DNA from: Escherichia phage VEc74
Direction: 5' to 3' (one strand)
Sequence record: MT932213.1
Length of the DNA stretch: 64,000 nucleotides
Shown: positions 37,284 to 46,946 of the stretch, piece by piece
How the letters are laid out: every line of letters begins with the position of its first letter
How positions within the stretch are numbered: position 1 is the stretch's first letter
Position numbers and translations under genes: made by a program
Notes under the pieces: model-generated
The model's input: the letters and a program-made list of their open reading frames with translations, nothing else
Told to the model about the DNA's origin: nothing
Database searches by the model: none

Positions 37284-38849
37284 ATGACTATCAAAACTAA
37301 AGCTGAACTTTTGAACAAATGGAAGCCATTACTGGAAGGTGAAGGTTTACCGGAAATTGCTAATAGCAAACAAGCGATTATCGCTAAAATCTTTGAAAAC
37401 CAGGAAAAAGATTTCCAGACAGCTCCGGAATATAAAGACGAAAAAATTGCTCAGGCATTCGGTTCTTTCTTAACAGAAGCTGAAATCGGCGGTGACCACG
37501 GTTACAATGCTACTAACATCGCTGCAGGTCAGACTTCTGGCGCAGTAACTCAGATTGGCCCAGCTGTTATGGGTATGGTACGTCGTGCTATTCCTAACCT
37601 GATTGCTTTCGATATTTGTGGTGTTCAGCCGATGAACAGCCCGACTGGCCAGGTATTCGCACTGCGCGCAGTATATGGTAAAGATCCGGTGGCTGCCGGT
37701 GCTAAAGAAGCATTCCACCCAATGTATGGTCCAGATGCAATGTTCTCTGGTCAGGGTGCTGCTAAGAAATTCCCAGCTCTGGCTGCTAGCACGCAAACCG
37801 TTGTAGGTGATATCTATACTCACTTCTTCCAGGAAACTGGTACCGTGTATCTGCAAGCTTCCGCTGTAGTAACAATCGATGCTGGTGCGACTGATGCTGC
37901 TAAATTAGATGTCGAAGTTAAGAAACAAATGGAAGCTGGTGTACTGGTAGAAATCGCTGAAGGTATGGCTACTTCTATCGCTGAACTCCAGGAAGGTTTC
38001 AATGGTTCTACCGATAACCCATGGAATGAAATGGGCTTCCGTATCGATAAACAAGTTATCGAAGCTAAATCTCGCCAGCTGAAAGCTGCTTACTCTATTG
38101 AATTAGCACAAGACCTCCGCGCTGTTCACGGTATGGATGCTGATGCTGAACTGTCTGGTATTCTGGCTACAGAAATTATGCTGGAAATCAACCGTGAAGT
38201 TGTTGATTGGATTAACTACTCCGCTCAGGTTGGTAAATCTGGTATGACCCTGACTCCGGGTTCTAAAGCTGGTGTATTTGACTTCCAGGACCCAATCGAT
38301 ATTCGTGGTGCTCGCTGGGCAGGTGAATCCTTTAAAGCTCTGTTGTTCCAGATTGACAAAGAAGCAGTTGAAATTGCTCGTCAGACCGGTCGTGGTGAAG
38401 GTAACTTCATTATCGCTTCCCGTAACGTAGTTAACGTTCTGGCTTCAGTTGATACCGGCATTTCTTATGCTGCACAGGGTCTGGCTACCGGATTTAACAC
38501 TGATACTACCAAGTCAGTATTTGCTGGTGTTCTGGGTGGTAAATACCGCGTATATATCGACCAGTATGCTAAACAGGATTATTTCACTGTAGGTTATAAA
38601 GGTCCGAACGAAATGGATGCTGGTATTTACTATGCTCCATATGTAGCTCTGACTCCGCTGCGTGGTTCCGATCCGAAGAACTTCCAACCGGTAATGGGAT
38701 TCAAAACTCGTTACGGTATCGGTATCAACCCATTTGCAGAATCCGCTGCTCAGGCTCCGGCTTCTCGCATCCAGAGCGGTATGCCTTCTATTCTGAATAG
38801 CCTTGGTAAAAACGCTTACTTCCGCCGTGTATATGTTAAAGGTATCTAA
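37284..38849 (+). CDS. 23: major capsid protein gp23, 521 aa
   Basis: Size, high-expression codon usage, position after gene 22. Confidence 0.97.
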   Translation: MTIKTKAELLNKWKPLLEGEGLPEIANSKQAIIAKIFENQEKDFQTAPEYKDEKIAQAFGSFLTEAEIGGDHGYNATNIAAGQTSGAVTQIGPAVMGMVRRAIPNLIAFDICGVQPMNSPTGQVFALRAVYGKDPVAAGAKEAFHPMYGPDAMFSGQGAAKKFPALAASTQTVVGDIYTHFFQETGTVYLQASAVVTIDAGATDAAKLDVEVKKQMEAGVLVEIAEGMATSIAELQEGFNGSTDNPWNEMGFRIDKQVIEAKSRQLKAAYSIELAQDLRAVHGMDADAELSGILATEIMLEINREVVDWINYSAQVGKSGMTLTPGSKAGVFDFQDPIDIRGARWAGESFKALLFQIDKEAVEIARQTGRGEGNFIIASRNVVNVLASVDTGISYAAQGLATGFNTDTTKSVFAGVLGGKYRVYIDQYAKQDYFTVGYKGPNEMDAGIYYAPYVALTPLRGSDPKNFQPVMGFKTRYGIGINPFAESAAQAPASRIQSGMPSILNSLGKNAYFRRVYVKGI

Positions 38850-38864
38850 TCTTTGACGATTTAA

Positions 38865-38892
38865 GGGACCTTCGGGTCCCTTTAGTTGTTTT
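38865..38892 (+). terminator. rho-independent terminator after gene 23
   Basis: Hairpin GGGACCTTCGGGTCCC followed by a T-rich tract. Confidence 0.75.
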
Positions 38893-38897
38893 TATGG

Positions 38898-38905
38898 TAT
38901 AAATA
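38898..38905 (+). promoter_or_regulatory. late promoter TATAAATA upstream of gene 24
   Basis: Exact consensus. Confidence 0.7.
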
Positions 38906-38932
38906 AATCATATAAACCAAAAGGAAAGCGCA

Positions 38933-40216
38933 ATGGCTAAAATCAACGAACTTCTGCGCGAATCAACCACAACGAATAGCAACTCAATCGGTCGCCCAAA
39001 TCTCGTTGCTTTGACTCGCGCTACCACTAAATTAATATATTCTGACATTGTAGCAACACAAAGAACTAATCAACCTGTTGCTGCTTTTTATGGTATCAAA
39101 TACCTTAACCCAGACAATGAATTTACATTTAAAACTGGTGCTACTTACGCTGGCGAAGCTGGATATGTAGACCGAGAACAAATCACAGAATTAACAGAAG
39201 AGTCTAAATTAACTCTCAATAAAGGCGATTTATTCAAATATAATAATATCGTTTATAAAGTATTAGAAGATACTCCATTTGCTGATATTGAAGAAAGCGA
39301 CTTAGAGTTAGCTCTTCAGATTGCAATTGTTCTTTTAAAGGTTCGTCTATTTTCTGATGCAGCATCAACAAGTAAATTTGAAAGCTCCGATAGCGAAATT
39401 GCGGATGCTAGATTCCAGATTAATAAATGGCAAACCGCAGTTAAATCTCGCAAACTTAAAACTGGTATCACAGTTGAATTAGCACAAGATTTAGAAGCAA
39501 ATGGATTCGATGCTCCTAATTTCTTGGAAGATTTGCTTGCAACTGAAATGGCAGATGAAATTAATAAAGATATTCTGCAGTCTTTGATTACAGTGTCAAA
39601 ACGCTATAAAGTTACAGGAATTACTGATAGTGGATTCATCGATTTGAGTTATGCATCTGCTCCTGAAGCTGGTCGTTCATTATACCGAATGGTATGTGAA
39701 ATGGTTTCGCATATCCAAAAAGAATCAACTTATACAGCAACGTTCTGTGTTGCTTCAGCTCGTGCTGCTGCGATTCTTGCTGCATCAGGTTGGTTAAAAC
39801 ATAAACCAGAAGATGATAAATATCTTTCACAAAATGCCTACGGGTTCTTAGCTAATGGTTTACCGCTTTATTGCGATACTAACAGCCCATTAGATTATGT
39901 AATCGTTGGCGTAGTAGAAAATATCGGTGAAAAAGAAATTGTTGGATCAATTTTCTATGCGCCATATACAGAAGGTCTCGACTTAGATGACCCTGAACAT
40001 GTAGGTGCATTTAAAGTTGTTGTTGACCCAGAAAGCTTACAACCGTCTATCGGTTTATTAGTTAGATATGCTTTATCAGCAAATCCTTATACCGTAGCAA
40101 AAGATGAAAAAGAAGCAAGAATAATTGACGGTGGAGACATGGATAAAATGGCGGGTCGTTCAGATTTGTCTGTTTTATTAGGTGTTAAATTACCAAAAAT
40201 TATTATCGATGAATAA
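38933..40216 (+). CDS. 24: capsid vertex protein gp24, 427 aa
   Basis: Size and position after gene 23; no endonuclease gene between 23 and 24 in this genome. Confidence 0.95.
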   Translation: MAKINELLRESTTTNSNSIGRPNLVALTRATTKLIYSDIVATQRTNQPVAAFYGIKYLNPDNEFTFKTGATYAGEAGYVDREQITELTEESKLTLNKGDLFKYNNIVYKVLEDTPFADIEESDLELALQIAIVLLKVRLFSDAASTSKFESSDSEIADARFQINKWQTAVKSRKLKTGITVELAQDLEANGFDAPNFLEDLLATEMADEINKDILQSLITVSKRYKVTGITDSGFIDLSYASAPEAGRSLYRMVCEMVSHIQKESTYTATFCVASARAAAILAASGWLKHKPEDDKYLSQNAYGFLANGLPLYCDTNSPLDYVIVGVVENIGEKEIVGSIFYAPYTEGLDLDDPEHVGAFKVVVDPESLQPSIGLLVRYALSANPYTVAKDEKEARIIDGGDMDKMAGRSDLSVLLGVKLPKIIIDE

Positions 40217-40221
40217 AACAA

Positions 40222-40243
40222 AGGGACCGAAAGGTCCCTTTTT
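40222..40243. terminator. bidirectional terminator between gene 24 (+) and rnlB (-)
   Basis: Hairpin GGGACCGAAAGGTCCC flanked by A-tract and T-tract. Confidence 0.75.
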
Positions 40244-40245
40244 AT

Positions 40246-41250
40246 TTAGCTCACCAACTCAATCCAAGCTGGACGAAGTACATCTTGCACCATTTTAACT
40301 AATTCCTTTTTAATCAAAGAAGGATTATCTGCTTGAGTTAGAGTAATACCTTCACGAGAAGTTTCTTCCAAAATATCTTGAACAGTTAACCCCATCACCT
40401 TTCCAAAATCCTTTGGACCAATTTCGCCAATTTTAGAAATAACGTTATTTACGCGGTTCAGTGTAACGTAACAAGCTAAAATTCCAACCAATTTGTTATC
40501 AGCTTCTGATAGCTCAACTTTAGCTTTAATAGGCTTATCAGACTTTTTCTTTTCACTAAATTTGGAATTCTTGCATTTGATGGCTACACGATTTCCATTA
40601 TGAAGCCAAGAAGGATAACACGGTTTCAATACATATCCTTCGGCAGTAAATACTTCACCTTTTGCTTCGGCATTCCAAACGCATTTATTTGCATCAACTA
40701 ATCCAGCATGGTCTACTGTAAAATTATAATCTTGGACGACAGAATCTAAATCATTTGGCAATTTAATAAGCTCTTCAAATTTACCGCGACCTAAAAGTGG
40801 AGCCATTTTAAATTTAAATGTATTACAGAATGATTCCATCATATAATCGTCGACATAAGTCACATCACCACTTTCTGTAGTGACAATAATGTCAAATACA
40901 TAAAAATCTTTATCGCCATAATCAACATTCTTCTGAATGCCAGGTCCAGCGAATTCGCCAAAGACTTGATAAGATACAACCGCTGAGGTTTCCATAATAT
41001 CTTGTACTGCTTTAATGGAATCAGCGTAATTCTTTAAAATAATTTCATACCCAAAGAAATCTTCAGCGGGAAGAATCGGTCCAGTACGTTTAGCGCAAGT
41101 TACTTTATCACGCTCAATAATCAATGAGAAATTTGTACCGTGAATCTTTTCACGAGCTACCCACTCCCCACCAGTCAATCCCAAGCTATAAAGTTTTTCA
41201 ATAAATTTAGAGTTGTAATGATTTTCAAGACTGCTATACTTTTTAAACAT
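40246..41250 (-). CDS. rnlB: RNA ligase 2 (Rnl2), 334 aa
   Basis: N-terminus [16 protein letters not shown] with nucleotidyltransferase lysine motif KIHGTN. Confidence 0.9.
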   Translation of the reverse strand: MFKKYSSLENHYNSKFIEKLYSLGLTGGEWVAREKIHGTNFSLIIERDKVTCAKRTGPILPAEDFFGYEIILKNYADSIKAVQDIMETSAVVSYQVFGEFAGPGIQKNVDYGDKDFYVFDIIVTTESGDVTYVDDYMMESFCNTFKFKMAPLLGRGKFEELIKLPNDLDSVVQDYNFTVDHAGLVDANKCVWNAEAKGEVFTAEGYVLKPCYPSWLHNGNRVAIKCKNSKFSEKKKSDKPIKAKVELSEADNKLVGILACYVTLNRVNNVISKIGEIGPKDFGKVMGLTVQDILEETSREGITLTQADNPSLIKKELVKMVQDVLRPAWIELVS

Positions 41251-41259
41251 AATTAATCC

Positions 41260-41538
41260 TCAAAACGTAATTTCTAACCAATCACCATCACGCTGATCAC
41301 TATTGACTTTAAAGCTAAATCCTTCTTTTCTCAGCCAATCACCAATTTCTTCAGTAATCAATTTATCACGAGCAATACAATAATAACTAAAATGTGTTTT
41401 ACCTTGTTCAGCTGCTTTATTAGCAAGTTCCGAAAAATCTTTAATAAAGCACTCTAGTTTAAACTGTTTACTTTTGAATGCTTTTTCGCGTAATTGATTA
41501 GCAAAAGATTCATTTTCATAAAGATCATACTGTTCCAT
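41260..41538 (-). CDS. 24.2: hypothetical protein, 92 aa (24.2 position)
   Basis: Six-frame ORF in the T4 24.2 position. Confidence 0.5.
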   Translation of the reverse strand: MEQYDLYENESFANQLREKAFKSKQFKLECFIKDFSELANKAAEQGKTHFSYYCIARDKLITEEIGDWLRKEGFSFKVNSDQRDGDWLEITF

Positions 41539-41740
41539 TTTTCACCTTTTTATTGATATGTCTTTTTCTATAGACAACTTTTTCTCGAGTTTCAAATTTA
41601 TTCTTAGCAGTCATAGCTCGAGCCCATAATACAGCCACTTCTTTTGCCTGTAAGTTTAATTCACGAGCAATTTCAATGAATGACTTTCCAGACTCATGAA
41701 GAGTAAACACCACAACCTCAGTTCTCATAATCAATCTCAT
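41525..41740 (-). CDS. 24.3: hypothetical protein, 71 aa (24.3 position)
   Basis: Six-frame ORF in the T4 24.3 position. Confidence 0.5.
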   Translation of the reverse strand: MRLIMRTEVVVFTLHESGKSFIEIARELNLQAKEVAVLWARAMTAKNKFETREKVVYRKRHINKKVKNGTV

Positions 41741-41808
41741 GTTATCGAGTTGGTGCCATTATATACATCATTTTCTGATTGTGTTTTGTGTGCTTTCAAA
41801 ACGAAGAA

Positions 41809-41822
41809 AGGGGCCGAAGCCC
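41809..41822 (-). terminator. GC hairpin GGGGCTTCGGCCCC downstream of hoc
   Basis: Perfect inverted repeat. Confidence 0.5.
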
Positions 41823-41829
41823 CTTATGA

Positions 41830-43248
41830 TTATGGATAGGTATAGATGATACCAGTTTCTAAAGCAGTTTTATGAATGATGTATCCATTACGCGATTCTT
41901 GGACATCAACTTCTGGATAATCTTTCATCATCTTCTGAAGAGTGTAACGATGCAGGTAGTATTTACTATCTGGATCTTCAGTTTTCCAATCTTTACCTTC
42001 TTCAGTCATTTTTTGAATTTCATCCATAACCCACCAACCACACCAGATGTAAGCTGAGCTACGGTGTGGAAGAGGATGAACATAAGGTAATTCACCTTCT
42101 GGTTCTGGAGCAACTTTATCAGTTACCTGAACTTGACCTTCTGCCGTAATAGTTTTGCTATCATAATCAGCAGCAGTAACAGTTGCAGTAACTTCAATAG
42201 TTTGACTTCCAATAGATGAGGTATCAACGGTATATACATTAGTTGACCCTTCTACAGGAGAAGAATCTTTCTTCCATGAATATTCAATTTGCGCTTCTTC
42301 TGGAGCATCAGTGACATTAGCAGTAAATGTAGCCGAAGCATCTTGTTGAACGTTAATAGAAGGAGGAGTCAATGTAACCTGTGGATTCATTGTCTTCTTA
42401 TTAACCGTTAATGATACTTCATTAGAAGTAACTTCCTTTTCATTGTAATTTTCAGCAGTTACTTGAGCTACGCATTTAATTCTTTTTACTCCACTTGTAG
42501 TTGGAGTATAGTTAAATGTAGAGTTAGTTTCTCCACCAACTTGTGAATCATCTACATACCACTGATACGTAGCAGATGCTCCATCAGGTTGAGAAGCTAA
42601 GGCAGCAGTAAATTGAACTGGGGTTCCGATAACTCCCGCTGGAGGACTATCAGGAGTTACTGCCAAAGTAGTTGTCTGCTCCTTTTTATTAACAGTCAGT
42701 GATACTTCATTAGAAGTAACTTCTTTTGCATCATAATCTGTCGCGGTTACTTGAGCCACACACTTAATTGTTTTAACTCCGCTTGTGGTAGGAGTGTAAT
42801 TGAATGTAGCAGAAGTTGCTTCGCCCACAGGAGAACCGTCAACGTGCCATTGATACGTAGCAGATGCACCTGGTGGCTGCGAAGTTAAGGCAGCGGTAAA
42901 TTCAACAGCTGTTCCAATCACTCCAGCAGCAGGACTATCAGGAGTTACAGCTAAGGTGGTCGTTTGTGTCTTATTTTGAACTGTGATAGTTGTAGTAGCT
43001 TCTGCTGTTTCAGCATCAGTATCTGGGACTGGGTTTGTTGCAACTACTTTAATAGTCTTTTGACCGGCAGGTCCTTTTAGTACATAATTAAAAGTTGCTT
43101 CAGCTCCATCTTGTGGAACATCATCTACAGTCCAAGCATATGTAATAGGTCCATCTCCAGTTTGACCACTGGGTGTAGCAGTAAACTGCTGAGTCTGATC
43201 TATAACTCCAGTAGGTGTTTTAGGAGTTATATCAACTGTAAAAGCCAT
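41830..43248 (-). CDS. hoc: highly immunogenic outer capsid protein Hoc, 472 aa, with an extra Ig-like domain
   Basis: N-terminus MAFTVDITPKTPTGVIDQTQQF and C-terminus ...GIIYTYP recognised; contains two near-identical about 96-aa Ig-like repeats. Confidence 0.9.
   Translation of the reverse strand: MAFTVDITPKTPTGVIDQTQQFTATPSGQTGDGPITYAWTVDDVPQDGAEATFNYVLKGPAGQKTIKVVATNPVPDTDAETAEATTTITVQNKTQTTTLAVTPDSPAAGVIGTAVEFTAALTSQPPGASATYQWHVDGSPVGEATSATFNYTPTTSGVKTIKCVAQVTATDYDAKEVTSNEVSLTVNKKEQTTTLAVTPDSPPAGVIGTPVQFTAALASQPDGASATYQWYVDDSQVGGETNSTFNYTPTTSGVKRIKCVAQVTAENYNEKEVTSNEVSLTVNKKTMNPQVTLTPPSINVQQDASATFTANVTDAPEEAQIEYSWKKDSSPVEGSTNVYTVDTSSIGSQTIEVTATVTAADYDSKTITAEGQVQVTDKVAPEPEGELPYVHPLPHRSSAYIWCGWWVMDEIQKMTEEGKDWKTEDPDSKYYLHRYTLQKMMKDYPEVDVQESRNGYIIHKTALETGIIYTYP
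42382..42957 (-). repeat. tandem direct repeat (2 x 288 bp) encoding duplicated Ig-like domains of Hoc
   Basis: Protein segments starting TLAVTPDSPAAGVIG and TLAVTPDSPPAGVIG are roughly 85 percent identical by eye over about 96 aa. Confidence 0.8.
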
Positions 43249-43257
43249 AAGTTATCC

Positions 43258-43938
43258 TTATTTTAATGTTACGAAAGAAGAATTGCGTGTTTCACGAATT
43301 AAAACTGATCCGTCACGGTTAATGTAATAAATTAAGCTAAATAAAGTTTGGTGTGCTGACGCATGCTCAAAACTTGTTGGGTGAGATTTCCAATCCGGAG
43401 TTTCAGCGATCCATTGATAAATCCACCAAGGAACAGTGCAGAATCCTGGATTTTTTCCAATCAGCTGAAGATTCGGACTAAAGTTTTCCGGAAGAGTAAA
43501 TACAGACGGCTTTTCAGATTCAATAATCTCAGCTACAGCCTGTTCGAATTTTTCTTCAACAAAAGGAGTATCTTCAATCAAAACATCGGTATTTTCAGGA
43601 ATTTTATCCGTTTCTACTACTTCAATTTTAATGTCAGATTTAACTGGAGAATCAATCAGAAGTACTGCTTCTGGATTGACTTCTTCATCGTCATATTTTA
43701 ATCCCTCTGCGGCATCAGCAGCATCAATTAAGTCTTTAATAGATAACCCATCAGTCTCTGGCATAGGTTCACTAGCGAGCTTCTGGAGGGCTTCTTCAAT
43801 ATCAACAACGATATTATCAAAAGATTTATTCTTTTTGACCTTTATACCAAACTGTTCAGCATATTCAGCTAATTTAGCTTTAGCTTCTTTATTATCATCA
43901 AGAGCCTTCAGCTCTGCAATATAATCTTTATCTATCAT
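43258..43938 (-). CDS. inh: Inh-like prohead protease inhibitor, 226 aa
   Basis: Position between hoc and segE as in T4; size match. Confidence 0.6.
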   Translation of the reverse strand: MIDKDYIAELKALDDNKEAKAKLAEYAEQFGIKVKKNKSFDNIVVDIEEALQKLASEPMPETDGLSIKDLIDAADAAEGLKYDDEEVNPEAVLLIDSPVKSDIKIEVVETDKIPENTDVLIEDTPFVEEKFEQAVAEIIESEKPSVFTLPENFSPNLQLIGKNPGFCTVPWWIYQWIAETPDWKSHPTSFEHASAHQTLFSLIYYINRDGSVLIRETRNSSFVTLK

Positions 43939-43951
43939 AATATTTCCTCAG

Positions 43952-43959
43952 TATAAATA
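43952..43959 (+). promoter_or_regulatory. late promoter TATAAATA upstream of the GIY-YIG endonuclease gene
   Basis: Exact consensus 29 nt before the ATG. Confidence 0.55.
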
Positions 43960-43987
43960 TAGATATATTTATTACTCGGAAAATAGT

Positions 43988-44605
43988 ATGTACCACTTTG
44001 TATATGAAACAACAAATCTAATAAACGGTAAAAAGTATATAGGAAAACACTCTACTGATGACTTGAATGATGGTTACCTTGGTTCCGGTAAGGCAATTCA
44101 GCAGGCTATAAAGAAATATGGTGAAAACAATTTCTCTAGAACAATACTAAAAGAGTTTAAAACTTCCGAAGAAGCGTACATGTATGAAGAAGAAATTATA
44201 ACTCCTGAAATAATAAAAAGCAAAAATTATTATAATATGAAACCTGGTGGAATTGGTGGAATTGTTATGACTACAGAGGTTATAGCAAAGATGAAAGAAT
44301 CTTCCGCTAAGAGATTTGAAAACTCACCGGGCACGGTATTAGGTACAACTTGTTACACTAATGGAACTAAAAATATTTTTATTAAACCTGGAGAACTTGT
44401 TCCAGAAGGATTTGTAAAAGGAATGGTTCATCCTAATAGAAAGTCCAGAAAAGGATGTAAAGTCAAACCGACTACCACAGGAACTTTTTGGGTCAATAAC
44501 GGTGCAATAAATAAATTAATACAACCAGACGGTATTATTCCCGACGGATTTATTAAAGGTCGTCTCATGAAAAGAGATTCTAAAGGCAAATTTAGTAAGG
44601 CATAA
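43988..44605 (+). CDS. segE: GIY-YIG homing endonuclease (SegE-like), 205 aa
   Basis: N-terminal GIY-YIG module (HFVYETTNLINGKKYIGKHS...YLGSGK); position between inh and uvsW. Confidence 0.8.
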   Translation: MYHFVYETTNLINGKKYIGKHSTDDLNDGYLGSGKAIQQAIKKYGENNFSRTILKEFKTSEEAYMYEEEIITPEIIKSKNYYNMKPGGIGGIVMTTEVIAKMKESSAKRFENSPGTVLGTTCYTNGTKNIFIKPGELVPEGFVKGMVHPNRKSRKGCKVKPTTTGTFWVNNGAINKLIQPDGIIPDGFIKGRLMKRDSKGKFSKA

Positions 44606-44607
44606 TT

Positions 44608-46116
44608 ATGGATATTAAAGTACATTTTCACGACTTCAGCCATGTACGCATCGATTGTGAAGAGAGCACGTTCCACGAATTAAGAGATTTCTTTTCGTTT
44701 GAGGCCGATGGATATAGGTTTAATCCTCGCTTCAGATATGGCAACTGGGATGGACGAATCCGTCTTTTAGATTATAATCGTCTTCTTCCATTCGGCTTAG
44801 TCGGGCAAATTAAAAAGTTCTGTGATAATTTTGGCTATAAAGCCTGGATTGACCCGCAAATTAACGAAAAAGAAGAATTATCAAGAAAAGATTTTGATGA
44901 ATGGCTTTCTAAATTAGAAATCTATTCAGGAAATAAAAGAATTGAACCGCACTGGTATCAAAAAGATGCAGTGTTCGAAGGATTAGTTAATCGTCGTAGA
45001 ATTCTTAATCTTCCAACATCTGCAGGTAAATCTTTAATTCAAGCTTTGCTTGCGCGATATTATTTGGAAAATTATGAAGGTAAAATTCTTATCATTGTTC
45101 CAACAACTGCTCTGACAACTCAGATGGCTGATGACTTCGTTGACTATCGTTTATTCAGTCATGCAATGATAAAGAAAATTGGCGGCGGAGCATCAAAAGA
45201 TGATAAATATAAAAATGATGCACCAGTCGTTGTTGGTACATGGCAAACTGTAGTTAAACAACCAAAAGAATGGTTCTCACAGTTTGGAATGATGATGAAT
45301 GATGAATGCCATCTTGCTACAGGAAAAAGTATTTCATCTATCATATCAGGTTTAAACAACTGCATGTTTAAATTTGGTCTATCAGGTTCATTACGTGATG
45401 GCAAAGCCAATATCATGCAGTATGTTGGAATGTTTGGTGAAATATTTAAACCAGTAACGACTTCTAAATTAATGGAAGATGGACAAGTAACTGAGCTAAA
45501 AATTAATAGTATTTTTCTTCGCTATCCCGATGAGTTCACTACTAAATTAAAGGGAAAAACTTACCAAGAAGAAATAAAAATTATTACTGGGCTTAGTAAA
45601 AGAAATAAATGGATCGCTAAATTAGCTATTAAGCTTGCGCAAAAAGATGAAAACACTTTTGTCATGTTTAAACATGTATCACATGGTAAAGCTATTTTCG
45701 ATTTAATTAAAAATGAATACGATAAAGTTTATTACGTATCAGGGGAAGTTGATACCGAAACCCGCAATATAATGAAAACCTTAGCTGAAAATGGTAAAGG
45801 AATAATTATAGTAGCTAGTTATGGTGTATTTTCTACTGGTATTTCAGTTAAAAATCTGCATCACGTTGTTTTAGCGCACGGTGTTAAATCAAAAATCATT
45901 GTATTACAAACAATCGGTCGTGTATTACGTAAGCATGGTTCTAAGACAATAGCAACCGTCTGGGACCTCATAGATGATTGTGGTGTTAAGCCAAAATCTG
46001 CTAATACGAAAAAGAAATATGTTCATTTGAATTATCTTTTAAAACACGGCATTGATCGTATTCAGCGCTACGCAGATGAAAAATTTAATTACGTAATGAA
46101 AACAGTTAATTTATAA
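44608..46116 (+). CDS. uvsW: UvsW RNA-DNA and DNA-DNA helicase, 502 aa
   Basis: Helicase motifs (LPTSAGKS Walker A, DECH box); size and position as in T4. Confidence 0.95.
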   Translation: MDIKVHFHDFSHVRIDCEESTFHELRDFFSFEADGYRFNPRFRYGNWDGRIRLLDYNRLLPFGLVGQIKKFCDNFGYKAWIDPQINEKEELSRKDFDEWLSKLEIYSGNKRIEPHWYQKDAVFEGLVNRRRILNLPTSAGKSLIQALLARYYLENYEGKILIIVPTTALTTQMADDFVDYRLFSHAMIKKIGGGASKDDKYKNDAPVVVGTWQTVVKQPKEWFSQFGMMMNDECHLATGKSISSIISGLNNCMFKFGLSGSLRDGKANIMQYVGMFGEIFKPVTTSKLMEDGQVTELKINSIFLRYPDEFTTKLKGKTYQEEIKIITGLSKRNKWIAKLAIKLAQKDENTFVMFKHVSHGKAIFDLIKNEYDKVYYVSGEVDTETRNIMKTLAENGKGIIIVASYGVFSTGISVKNLHHVVLAHGVKSKIIVLQTIGRVLRKHGSKTIATVWDLIDDCGVKPKSANTKKKYVHLNYLLKHGIDRIQRYADEKFNYVMKTVNL

Positions 46117-46128
46117 GGGCTTCGGCCC
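46117..46128 (+). terminator. GC hairpin GGGCTTCGGCCC after uvsW
   Basis: Perfect inverted repeat overlapping the uvsW stop. Confidence 0.45.
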
Positions 46129-46141
46129 TTTGGAGAAAAAG

Positions 46142-46372
46142 ATGTTACTAGAATTTAAACAATTTCTTTATGAAGCTTCTATTGATGAATTTATGGGTAA
46201 AATTGCCTCTTGTCAAACATTAGAAGGTTTAGAAGAACTTGAAGCTTATTATAAGAAAAGAGTCAAAGAAACTGAATTAAAAGATACTGATGACATCTCT
46301 GTGAGAGATGCTTTGGCAGGAAAAAGAGCTGAATTAGAAGATTCAGACGATGAAGTAGAAGAAAGCTTTTAA
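46142..46372 (+). CDS. uvsW.1: UvsW.1 small acidic protein, 76 aa
   Basis: Start set at MLLEFKQFLYEASIDEF; follows uvsW. Confidence 0.7.
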   Translation: MLLEFKQFLYEASIDEFMGKIASCQTLEGLEELEAYYKKRVKETELKDTDDISVRDALAGKRAELEDSDDEVEESF

Positions 46373-46427
46373 ATTAAAAAAGGCCCAACCAAAAAGGAAG
46401 GGCCAAAACTATAGACTAAAGGTCACA

Positions 46428-46595
46428 CTATAGCAAAAGTTGTGTTTCATTTAATTGTTCTTCCGAACTTTCTGAAACTGGTAGTTCTTTAATGTAATTA
46501 TAGCAAGGCCCAGGATGTACAGGACCTTTGTCTGTTTCAACAACCAATGCAGAATCGATTGGAGTTTTACAGACAACACAAATCTTATCTGACAT
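46428..46595 (-). CDS. uvsY.-2: small CxxC protein, 55 aa (uvsY.-2 position); MSDKICVVCKTPIDSALVVETDKGPVHPGPCYNY...
   Basis: Manual translation; GGAG ribosome-binding site 7 nt before the ATG; below ORF-track cut-off. Confidence 0.5.
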   Translation of the reverse strand: MSDKICVVCKTPIDSALVVETDKGPVHPGPCYNYIKELPVSESSEEQLNETQLLL

Positions 46596-46718
46596 GATTG
46601 TCTCCTCTGAATTATATATCTATTTATAACCCCATCTTAAAACGCATTTCTTGTACACGCTTTAAACATGCTTCCATTTCTGCTAAAAGTCTAAATACTT
46701 CTTTATAATTTGTCATAT

Positions 46719-46946
46719 TTACCCCATATCTCTCATATGCATATCAATGCCCATATCTTTAGAATAAAAATATTCATCAAGATATCCGGCAAATTTTCCT
46801 TTAATATAAAGGACATCTTCACCACACGGGTGGTCGGCCAGGATACGAATATCCTGACGCTTGAGATTATACTTTTTCATTAAGAATTGAATTTCCGTTT
46901 CAAATTCTTCTTCATAATTAAAAGCATCATCAATGCTATATCTCAT
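46719..46946 (-). CDS. uvsY.-1: hypothetical protein, 75 aa (uvsY.-1 position)
   Basis: Six-frame ORF abutting uvsY. Confidence 0.65.
   Translation of the reverse strand: MRYSIDDAFNYEEEFETEIQFLMKKYNLKRQDIRILADHPCGEDVLYIKGKFAGYLDEYFYSKDMGIDMHMRDMG

Noticed and set aside
41741-41829. TGCTTTCA on the plus strand as a possible Mot box
   Set aside because: No suitable -10 element 11-13 nt downstream on the plus strand and no plus-strand gene to drive
46600-46718. 29-aa minus-strand ORF (MTNYKEVFRLLAEMEACLKRVQEMRFKMGL)
   Set aside because: Too short, no clear ribosome-binding site, and no supporting signal; left unannotated
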